Source of the DNA: a bacterium
Lineage (GTDB): Bacteria > UBA8248
Assembly: GCA_965204535.1 (NCBI GenBank)
Contig: CBDBEV010000001.1
Location: 2,560,001-2,624,000, forward strand
Direction of reading: 5' to 3'
Length of the DNA stretch: 64,000 nt
This document shows, in pieces, positions 56,222-64,000 of the stretch. The notes under the pieces were generated by a model. That model had not been told where the DNA came from. It saw only the letters and a program-made list of their open reading frames with translations, and did not search any database. Every line of letters begins with the position of its first letter. Within the stretch, counting starts at the first letter, position 1. The position numbers and the translations under genes are program-made.

Positions 56222-58507
56222 GTGAAGCGAACCTTAAAGATTCCGGACGACAAGAAGATACTGCGCCTGATCGCCAAAGAGGACAGGCCGATGGCCGTGC
56301 GCGAGCTCGTGCGCCTGCTGGAAGTGCCCGCCGCCGTGCGGCCCGCGCTCAGAAAACGCCTGCGCGCCATGGCGGAAGAGGGCGCGCTCGTCCGCGTTCG
56401 CGGGCGCTATTCGACGCCGGGTTCCCTCTCCATCTATCAGGGCGTCTTCCGGGGACACGCGCAGGGCTACGGGTTCGTTGCGCCGAGCCACGGAGATGGT
56501 GAGGGAAAATCGCCCGACATCATGATCAAGAAAACCCGCACACGCGGCGCGATGGACGGCGATCTGGTATCCGCAAGGGTGGAGAAGGTCCATCCCGACG
56601 GGAGGTGCGAGGGGAGCGTGCTCGACGTGATGGAGCGCGCCCACGAAACCCTGGTGGGCAGGTTGTGCGTCGAGGGCCGGAGTGCGTGGGTGGAGCCCCA
56701 GGAAGAGCGCATCCCGCACCTCGTGGTGCTGGGCGCGGGGAGTCGGGAAGGAGCCAGGCGGGGCGAGTGGGTGGAAGTGGAGATCACCCGCTATCCCAAC
56801 CAGAAGGAGCCCGCCAGGGGGCGCATTCTGCGCTCATTCGGCTATCCCGAAGACCCCGCCGCCGAGGGGCGGATGGTGCTCGCCAAGCACGGGATACGCG
56901 AGGATTTTCCCAGAAAAGTGCTGGAGGAGGAGAAAAGGCTCTCCCCGCCCGGAGAAGACGACCCCTTCCCGGAAGGTGTGGAGGATTTGAGGGATCTGTG
57001 CGCGTTCACCATCGACCCGTTCGACGCGCGCGACCGCGACGACGCGGTCTCGATTGAAAAAATCAAAAATGGCCGCCGCCTCGGCGTGCACATCGCAGAC
57101 GTGGGCCATTACGTGAAAGGGGGCGGCGCCATCGATAAAGAAGCCCGCGACCGGGGGACGAGCGTCTATCTGCCGGACCGGGCGGTGCCCATGCTGCCGC
57201 CCCGCCTGACGGGCGAGGTGTGCTCACTGCGCGAGGGGGCCGTTCGCCGGACCTTGAGCGTCTTCATCGATTTCGACCGCTACGGGAACCGGACGGGGAT
57301 GCGGCTCACCTACGCGCGCATCCGCTCGCGCGCTTCTCTGACCTATCGGGGCGCGGCGGCCGTTCTCGAAGGCACTGAAATTCCTGAGAAAGACGAGGTC
57401 GAAAGCGCCCGCGCGCTCGAAGCGCCGCTCCGGGAACTCTCGGCCCTTGCGGAGAAGCTCCACGCGGAACGCATGCGCCGGGGGAGTCTCGATTTCGACC
57501 TGCCCGAAGCGCAGGTGCTGCTCGATGAGGAGGGGATGCCGACGGGTATCGAGCGCGCCCCGAGGACTTCCGCGCACCGGCTCATCGAGGAGTGCATGCT
57601 GGCGGCGAACCGGGCGGTGGCCGAATATCTCGCCGAGGCGGGCGGCGCTTCGGTATTCCGCATCCACGAGCCGCCGGCCGAGGAGAATCTCGAAGGCTTG
57701 AGGGCGATCCTCTCCAGACTGGGCCTGAAGGCGCCCCGCCTGGAAGCGCTCAAGCGGCCGGGAGGGTTTCAGGAGTTGTTCGACGCCGTGCGGGGCTCGG
57801 ACGTGGAGCGATACGTGAATTTCGCCGCCTTGAGAAGCATGAAGCTCGCGCGCTATGAGGCGGCCCCCGCTCTTCACTTCGGGCTGGGCTTCGAGCGTTA
57901 TACGCACTTCACCTCGCCCATCCGCCGCTATGCGGACCTGTGCGTCCACAGAAGGCTTGGGAGGCTCATGCGCGGCGAGGGGGGGAAGCCGCAAGCCAAG
58001 CCGCTCGCCGCTCTTTGCCGCGATATTTCAGAGCGGGACCGGGCGGCGGAAGCCGCTTCTCGCGAGATGGTGGATTTCATGAAGGCGCTCTATATGCGCG
58101 ATAAGGTGGGCGGGCGTTTTCGCGGCCACGTCTCGGGCGTCGCGAATTTCGGGATTTTCGTGGAACTGGGAGACGTTTTCGTCGAGGGCATGGTCCCGCT
58201 CGAATTCATGACGGACGACTATTACGGCTTCATCCCGGAGGAACACGCGGTTCTGGGCCGGAGGACGGGCCGAAGGTTCCGCCTGGGCGATTCCGTCACC
58301 GTGCGCGTGGAAGGCGTGGATCTGGCCTCGCGGCGCGTCACGTTCCAGCTCATGGCGGGCGGGACGAGAGAGGTGGTCGGCGATGCGGCCGAATCGCGCC
58401 GTGCCGCGAACCTCGCGGGTACGCGCCGCCCCCGCAAGGAGAAATCCCCCGCTCCCCGGCGGAAGAAGAGGGGAAAGGCGTCGCCCGGGCGCGGGAGGCG
58501 CCGCTGA
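56222..58507 (+). CDS. rnr: Ribonuclease R
   Basis: TIDP..ARDRDDA, VHIADV, HFTSPIRRYADL, S1 domain and basic tail. Confidence 0.95.
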   Translation: MKRTLKIPDDKKILRLIAKEDRPMAVRELVRLLEVPAAVRPALRKRLRAMAEEGALVRVRGRYSTPGSLSIYQGVFRGHAQGYGFVAPSHGDGEGKSPDIMIKKTRTRGAMDGDLVSARVEKVHPDGRCEGSVLDVMERAHETLVGRLCVEGRSAWVEPQEERIPHLVVLGAGSREGARRGEWVEVEITRYPNQKEPARGRILRSFGYPEDPAAEGRMVLAKHGIREDFPRKVLEEEKRLSPPGEDDPFPEGVEDLRDLCAFTIDPFDARDRDDAVSIEKIKNGRRLGVHIADVGHYVKGGGAIDKEARDRGTSVYLPDRAVPMLPPRLTGEVCSLREGAVRRTLSVFIDFDRYGNRTGMRLTYARIRSRASLTYRGAAAVLEGTEIPEKDEVESARALEAPLRELSALAEKLHAERMRRGSLDFDLPEAQVLLDEEGMPTGIERAPRTSAHRLIEECMLAANRAVAEYLAEAGGASVFRIHEPPAEENLEGLRAILSRLGLKAPRLEALKRPGGFQELFDAVRGSDVERYVNFAALRSMKLARYEAAPALHFGLGFERYTHFTSPIRRYADLCVHRRLGRLMRGEGGKPQAKPLAALCRDISERDRAAEAASREMVDFMKALYMRDKVGGRFRGHVSGVANFGIFVELGDVFVEGMVPLEFMTDDYYGFIPEEHAVLGRRTGRRFRLGDSVTVRVEGVDLASRRVTFQLMAGGTREVVGDAAESRRAANLAGTRRPRKEKSPAPRRKKRGKASPGRGRRR

Positions 58508-59181
58508 GTTGTTGATGCGGGGTTGTTGAAAAGTCCCTCTTGTCAGGGGACAAAAGCAACCCCCCCTACCCCCCCCTTGTCAGGGGGGTAAGAAAAGGCG
58601 ACGCCCACCACCGAGATGAACACTAATTCACTCCCCCCTTGAGGGTCTGGCTTCCCGAGGGGAAAGCCCGACAGAAGCCGAGCGGTTTGTGCGAAGGCTG
58701 ATGCGGTGGGGGGACATGCCACAAAAAAACTCCCCCCACCGGCGCGACTTCGGGCTTCGCCCTTGTCTTGCCGACTCCCCCTCAAGGGGGGAGTTGATTC
58801 TTTTTTGTGGGGTGTTGCCTTTTCATACCCCCCTGACAAGGGGGGGTAGGGGGGGTTGCTTCCTTGGCAAAGAGAATGTAGGGGCCGCATATATGCGGCC
58901 CTGCCTTTTCGCCTACACAATGCGGGTCGCATATATGTCGGACATATATGTCCGACCTACACACCGCTTCGTTCTTTCCAGCCAATCGAGCGGACACGCC
59001 GGACCCCGGACAACCACAGGGGGTTGTCCACTACGTCCCGCGTATCGAGAGGACCCGCAGGGGCGGCTTTCCATCGTCATTCCGGGGTTCGGCGATACAT
59101 AGAAGGGCCGTCATCCGCATATATGTCCGACGCAGGCATGACGGCGGTGGTCGATTCCGACCGAAACGGCTTTGTTGGAGT

Positions 59182-59380
59182 CCGATAATTGTTGTTATCA
59201 GAAAATATAACACCTCTCACGGCCATGTCAAGCGCAATTCCGGGGTCTCCGGAGGGGTTTCGGAGGCCGTTTTGCGTCTTTTTTCGCTTATATTTCGCTC
59301 ATTTGCGGCCCGAATGCCCCCCGAATCGGGTTTTCCGGCGGAAAACGGGGCTTCTGGGGGCTGATAACAACAATTAGCGG
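59182..59380 (-). promoter_or_regulatory. Candidate invertible promoter segment, currently oriented away from the lipoprotein gene
   Basis: Inverted repeats CCGATAATTGTTGTTATCAG (59182-59201) and CTGATAACAACAATTAGCGG (59361-59380), 19/20; minus-strand TTGACA (59231-59226), 16-nt spacer, TG-n-TATATT (59209-59204). Confidence 0.65.
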
Positions 59381-59605
59381 CCCCCAGGCCGGGAAAGGTG
59401 GACGCATACCGCAGGAATCCGCCTCTGGCGGAACGACCGGCCCGGACCATGAAAGGGTTCAAGTCCGCCGTATTCCAGGCGGCCCAAAATGCGAATCACC
59501 GGTTTGTGAAGGCCCGAAATGAAAGCTCACGAAAGGAGGTTAATCGGAGAAAGCCGGAAATTCACGGAAAATCCCTTTTTCTATTGATTCAGGAGGACTC
59601 ACTAA

Positions 59606-61312
59606 ATGATGTTCAGAGAGAAACCGATAAACAAGCTCTACGCTTTCGCGCTGGCGGCGCTCTTCGCGCTGACGCTGGCGGGATGCGGCGGAGGTGGCGG
59701 TAGCACTACGGCCACACCAGACCCGGCTGAAATGCCCGATCCGGCAGCAAAATGCGTAGCGGACGGCGGAAAGTTCATGGATGGAACCTGCACCACGGCG
59801 GCGGAGTTGCTGTCTATGGAGCAGGCGGACATCAACAGCAAACTCATGGCGGCTCGGGAGGCGGTCGGCGCTGTCGATAACGAATCTACCGCCAAAGAAG
59901 TGAGCGACGCTGACGCGGCAATCGCATCAGCCAAGGCGGCGATCATGGATGCCGAGAAGGTATCGGATGCCGAGAAGAAGTTGCACAACGCAAGGGTTGG
60001 CGACCTCGAAGCCTTGCTTGCGACCGCCAAGACGGCCCGTGAGGCGGCAATGGATGCTGACAAAAGGGCCGAGGATGTAGCCAAGGCTGTGATGGCTGCG
60101 AAATTGTATGCGGGGGTCAAAGCTCCGACTGCCACCGACACCGGTGCAGCCGGTAACCTCTTTGCCAGCTATGGAGACCCGAATGACAGCCGGATCAACG
60201 TGGCAATTGACGAGGCCGACGATGTTGTCTTGTCGGAAGACAAGAAAACGACGGTTCCTGCGAACCACGGTTGGGCTGGCAAGCGCTTCGCTGATCCCGC
60301 AGGCGGCGACAGCTACGAAGCCATGGTCTACTCGAACGTTGGAGCGCCTAAGCCGGGAAATAAATTCGGTCAGGTTGGTGTTACTACAGCGGCAACGGGG
60401 TATCAGTATGGATTGAATGCGGCTGGTGAGCTCGGCGGCACACTTCTTGCAGCGAACGTTGCCAGTTCGTCCTTCGACCACACCTCCGGGACGAAAGCAT
60501 TCAAGAAGGGCGAGAATTTGGAGCGTGTAGTGATTTCCGGCAGCTACCACGGCGTGGCCGGGACCTACTACTGCACTCCAGCAGCGACGAACACATGCGC
60601 AGCCCAAGTCGCTGCTAACAACGCAATCAACCTTGGTGGCACTGCGGACTCCGACAACGAATTCACGGCTGACGGCGGTGAATGGGTGTTCAAGCCGAGT
60701 AACCCGGAAGCCAGGGTAATGAGCGCAATGGATTCTGTCTACTCATCCTACGGATGGTGGATACGCACCGCGACGGACGGCAAGGTAACTGTCAGTGCGT
60801 TCCACGACCTCAAGGGAACTGAACCAGACGCTGAGAATGCCGACTTGCCCGAGGCGGGCACGGCGACCTATCGGGGCGGTGCCGCAGGCAAATATGCGCT
60901 CAGCAGCGCTACGGGCGGCATCAACGATTCCGGCCACTTTACGGCAAGGGCAACGCTCGAAGCCGAATTCGGTGCATCTGATGCCAACACCATTTCCGGC
61001 ACTATTGACCAGTTTGTCGGTGCAGACGGTAAGTCGCGTGATTGGTCAGTCAAGCTGAACAAGGCGGGCGCAACCGATGCAGGCCTCATTCCCGGCTCAG
61101 TCAATGGTGAGGCAATCGCCGCCGACACTAACCCCCACGTTGGCACCGTCTGGACCATTGGCGACAGTGCTGCGGCCAAGTCCGGCCAGTGGTCCGGAGA
61201 ATTGCGCGAGCAGGGTAGCGACAATGTTCCACAGGTCGTTACCGGTGTGTTCTACAGTGAGTATGGCCCTGCGGGGAAAATGGTCGGAGCCTTCGGGGCA
61301 AACAAGGAGTAG
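59606..61312 (+). CDS. Surface lipoprotein with helical stalk and probable TbpB/fHbp-like C-terminal beta-barrel
   Basis: Signal peptide with LAGC lipobox and Gly/Ser linker; ATYRGGAAG; ends MVGAFGANKE; AGGAGG RBS. Confidence 0.8.
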   Translation: MMFREKPINKLYAFALAALFALTLAGCGGGGGSTTATPDPAEMPDPAAKCVADGGKFMDGTCTTAAELLSMEQADINSKLMAAREAVGAVDNESTAKEVSDADAAIASAKAAIMDAEKVSDAEKKLHNARVGDLEALLATAKTAREAAMDADKRAEDVAKAVMAAKLYAGVKAPTATDTGAAGNLFASYGDPNDSRINVAIDEADDVVLSEDKKTTVPANHGWAGKRFADPAGGDSYEAMVYSNVGAPKPGNKFGQVGVTTAATGYQYGLNAAGELGGTLLAANVASSSFDHTSGTKAFKKGENLERVVISGSYHGVAGTYYCTPAATNTCAAQVAANNAINLGGTADSDNEFTADGGEWVFKPSNPEARVMSAMDSVYSSYGWWIRTATDGKVTVSAFHDLKGTEPDAENADLPEAGTATYRGGAAGKYALSSATGGINDSGHFTARATLEAEFGASDANTISGTIDQFVGADGKSRDWSVKLNKAGATDAGLIPGSVNGEAIAADTNPHVGTVWTIGDSAAAKSGQWSGELREQGSDNVPQVVTGVFYSEYGPAGKMVGAFGANKE

Positions 61313-61572
61313 CAGCGAAGAGCACGACGCCTTTGCCTCGGGGCTTCACGGCCCCGGGGCCGGGGCGATATGAGGAGAGCGAAAAGGGGGTTGCCCGTTG
61401 GTTGCTTCCCTCGTGATGGAGCAAACTGTACCGCTCCCGGTTATGAGTTTGAGTCCTCGAGCCGGGAGGGGGAACAACGGGCGGCCCCTGTTTTCGTCAT
61501 GCAAAAAGGCCGGCGCCCCGCTCGGCCGGGCCTCGGACCTCAGGGATTGTGTCGCAGCAACTCCCGCCTTCC

Positions 61573-61604
61573 GCCGGCCCTTTGCGGGGCGCCGGCTTTT
61601 TTTT
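61573..61604 (+). terminator. Probable intrinsic terminator after the lipoprotein gene
   Basis: GCCGGCCC..GGGGCGCCGGC hairpin followed by a run of 8 T. Confidence 0.6.
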
Positions 61605-61663
61605 CTTGAAAGGCCCTCCCCTCATCAGGGGATAAAGGACAGCCCCTCCTCGGGGCTGTCCTG

Positions 61664-62148
61664 CCCCCCCTACCCCCCCTTGTCAGGGGGGTATGAAAAA
61701 GCAAGACCCCAAAAAAGGATCAACTCCCCCCTTGAGGGGGAGTCGAAGAGCTAAGGGCGAAGCCCGCAAGCGATTCGGTGGGGGGTATAATTCGGAATGG
61801 TAATAAAACGCATTTTACCCCCCACCGATTCAGCCTTCGCAAAATACGCTCGGCTTCATCGACTCCCCCTCAAGGGGGGAGTGAAATTTAGCGCGCTCCT
61901 TCTGTGGGCTTTTTCAACAGCCCCTTGTCAGGGGGCAAGAAAAATCAAAAGCCTCCTACCGGCGGCGGGCGTCGCCTTTTTATACCCCCCTGACAAGGGG
62001 GGGTAGGGGGGGTTGCTTTTCATCCAGGTGAGAGGCAATCAAACCGAACGAGGAGGCTCCGCCCCGTAGTGGGCCGTTCACAAAAACGGCCCAAGGTCGC
62101 GACCTGTCCCTGCAAGATCGGCGGACAGGCACGGGGGCCTGTCCCTAC
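61664..62148. repeat. Composite cluster: family B arms, family A (61722-61883), IS1182-type right end (61906-61924) and GTAG-REP pieces
   Basis: Direct inspection. Confidence 0.85.
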
Positions 62149-62342
62149 GGACTTCTCTTCCCGGTTGGTTCCAATCGCCAAATCACCAAATCAGGACTTT
62201 TCAACAACCCCTTACGTTCCCCGATAAAATTTCCCCGGTGGCGGAAAATCCCGTGAAGGGCTATATTGTTTCCCGATAAAGGGGGAGACGCGGGGAGCGA
62301 TGCGCTCCTTTTTCTTTTTCCTGAGGTTCAAGAGGTGTCGTG

Positions 62343-62804
62343 ATGGCGGGCGGAATCAAGATCGTTGCGGAGAACAGGCGCGCCCGCGCCGATTATGCGA
62401 TAGACGAGACCTACGAGGCGGGCCTCGTCCTCACGGGCACGGAGGTGAAGGCGCTCCGCGAGGGCCGCGCGAACCTGAAGGAGAGCTTCGGCGACATCGT
62501 AGGCGGCGAGGCCTGGTTGGTGGATTGCCACATCAGCCCCTACGGGCACGGCAACATCCACAACCACGAGCCCACGCGCCGCAGAAAGCTCCTGCTCCAC
62601 AAGCGCGAGATAGGCCGCCTCATCGGTCGCGTCAACGAGCGGGGGATGACGCTCGTGCCGATGAAGATGTATTTCGCCCGGGGCCGCGCGAAAGTGGAGA
62701 TCGGCGTCGGCAAGGGCAAGAAGTTCCACGACCGCCGCGAGGAACTCAAAAAGCGCGACGCGAACCGCGAGATCGAGCGCGCGCTCAGGGAGAGGAACAG
62801 GTGA
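62343..62804 (+). CDS. smpB: SsrA-binding protein SmpB
   Basis: NRRARADY, EAGLVLTGTEVK, RKLLLHKREI and GKGKKFHDRR. Confidence 0.97.
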   Translation: MAGGIKIVAENRRARADYAIDETYEAGLVLTGTEVKALREGRANLKESFGDIVGGEAWLVDCHISPYGHGNIHNHEPTRRRKLLLHKREIGRLIGRVNERGMTLVPMKMYFARGRAKVEIGVGKGKKFHDRREELKKRDANREIERALRERNR

Positions 62805-62812
62805 TACGGGAC

Positions 62813-63013
62813 ATGTTCAGGGACTACACGATGCGCTGGTGGCAGGTGAGTCTGCTCAAAGTCTCGTTGGCCTCGTTCGGTCTGGCGGTCGGCGCCACCT
62901 GGCCGGGAGCGTTCGAGGGCTGGCTGCTGTGGATATGGCTGGTATTTCTGCTCCCCGCCGCGTATCTGAGCTACGTCTTCTATCCCGAAATGTGGAGAAG
63001 GCGGAAACAGTGA
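62813..63013 (+). CDS. Small Trp-rich 2-TM membrane protein
   Basis: 66-aa hydrophobic ORF; alternative GTG start at 62801 overlaps the smpB stop. Confidence 0.6.
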   Translation: MFRDYTMRWWQVSLLKVSLASFGLAVGATWPGAFEGWLLWIWLVFLLPAAYLSYVFYPEMWRRRKQ

Positions 63014-63070
63014 ATGGGATCGGCCCCGGGGCGATGATCGCCGCTCCGGGCGCCGGTGTTCAACTCTCAT

Positions 63071-63431
63071 GGGGGCGATCCGGTTTCGACGGGAGGATTT
63101 GAAGTCTGAGCTGCGCGCCGGGGACGCCACTTGGCCCCGTTATCAATGTGGCAAAATCACACCAGCCGATAACGAGCTGGCTCTCGCTGCCTAGACGCTA
63201 GCGAGCGTTCCCCCCCTCCTCGTCCGCGGGCGGGGTGCGGAACGTCATGAAGCGGACTAGCCGACCCAGGTTTCGGTCCGGAGCCTGCTAGGCGAATTCG
63301 AATCGGACTAGCCCGGAGGATGGCCCGCCGGTGGGCTTGAGACCGGGCGAAACCCTCACCACCGGCTACGCGCGTAGACGCTCACGACGGAAGCCTTTCG
63401 GACGCGGGTTCGATTCCCGCCGCCTCCACCA
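63071..63431 (+). ncRNA. ssrA: tmRNA; tag peptide (A)ADNELALAA* at 63165-63194
   Basis: 5' GGGGGCG pairs with CGCCTCC-ACCA with a G3:U wobble; T-arm GGTTCGATTCC; tag ends LAA; downstream of smpB. Confidence 0.96.
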
Positions 63432-63480
63432 GATGACAATACTTGCGGCGCGGTGCGCCGCCGACCGGACGGGAGTTCAA

Positions 63481-64000
63481 ATGACCGAAAAAAGCACGAT
63501 TCAGAACATGGCGCTGTTTTGTGATTTCGAAAATATCGCCCTGGGCGTGCGCGACGCCAAGTACGCGGATTTCGATATCCAAAGAGTGCTGGAGCGCTTG
63601 CTGCTCAGGGGCAACATCGTCGTCAAGAAAGCCTACTGCAATTGGGCGCGCTACAAGGAGTTCAAGGCGCCCATGCACGAGGCGGCCTTCGAGTTGATCG
63701 AAATACCGCACGTCCGCAGGTCCGGCAAGAACTCCGCCGACATTCGCATGGTCGTCGATGCGTTGGACCTCTGCTATACCAAGTCGCACGTCGACACCTT
63801 CGTGATTATCAGCGGCGATTCCGATTTTTCGCCTTTGGTCAGCAAGCTCCGCGAGAACAACAAGGTGGTTGTCGGCGTCGGCGTGAAGAACTCGACCTCC
63901 GACTTGCTGACCTCGAACTGCGACGAGTTCATCTATTACGAAGACTTGATGCGCGAATCCGAAAAGCAGGGAAAGGCCAAACGGAAACGGCCGCCCGCCC
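63481..64000 (+). CDS. NYN domain protein (LabA/DUF88), truncated by the window end
   Basis: Manual translation gives ALFCDFEN, GKNSADIRMVVD, ISGDSDFSPL and CDEFIYY. Confidence 0.9.
   Translation, partial: MTEKSTIQNMALFCDFENIALGVRDAKYADFDIQRVLERLLLRGNIVVKKAYCNWARYKEFKAPMHEAAFELIEIPHVRRSGKNSADIRMVVDALDLCYTKSHVDTFVIISGDSDFSPLVSKLRENNKVVVGVGVKNSTSDLLTSNCDEFIYYEDLMRESEKQGKAKRKRPPA

Larger units (their letters stand above)
58519..62211. mobile_element. Putative non-autonomous IS1182-ended cargo element (lipoprotein gene + invertible promoter + repeat clusters)
   Basis: Perfect 18-bp inverted pair GGGGTTGTTGAAAAGTCC (58519-58536) / GGACTTTTCAACAACCCC (62194-62211); no target duplication seen. Confidence 0.5.

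Noticed and set aside
59400-59600. Riboswitch in the lipoprotein leader (several GAAAG motifs)
   Set aside because: Could not match the conserved core of any riboswitch class by eye; needs an Rfam scan.
63432-64000. Prophage or genomic island integrated at the tmRNA 3' end
   Set aside because: No integrase follows and no duplicated ssrA 3' end lies in the window; the next gene is a host-like NYN protein. An att copy beyond the window cannot be excluded.

Overview
GC-rich bacterial chromosomal window. It carries housekeeping genes (arfB, ppk2, nfuA, yebC-ruvC-ruvA-ruvB, kdsD, polA, rnr, smpB, tmRNA) and a long organic-compound catabolic region: a GntR regulator, M24 hydrolase, LeuA-like enzyme, maleate isomerase-like protein, two bicupins, a split B12 acyl-CoA mutase, a CoA-transferase and an AcdA desulfinase-like acyl-CoA dehydrogenase. 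Several lower-GC accessory inserts are present (membrane protein + SpeD-like + DUF3326, a KAP NTPase, a TPR protein, two toxin-antitoxin modules), plus a Fic gene and a surface lipoprotein. Many intergenic spaces hold modular palindromic repeats of at least five families. The most notable observations are: (1) a candidate invertible promoter at 59182-59380, with a 19/20-bp inverted repeat around a near-consensus sigma70 promoter that currently points away from a surface lipoprotein gene; (2) that locus sits inside a 3.7-kb segment bounded by perfect 18-bp IS1182-type inverted ends; (3) an intact IS1182-family element and many non-autonomous ends abut the loops of the palindromic repeats; (4) two unrelated TA modules each lie in a ~710-bp unit flanked by a 51-66-bp duplication of the neighbouring gene's terminus. 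All functional calls come from motif recognition by eye; no database searches were run.
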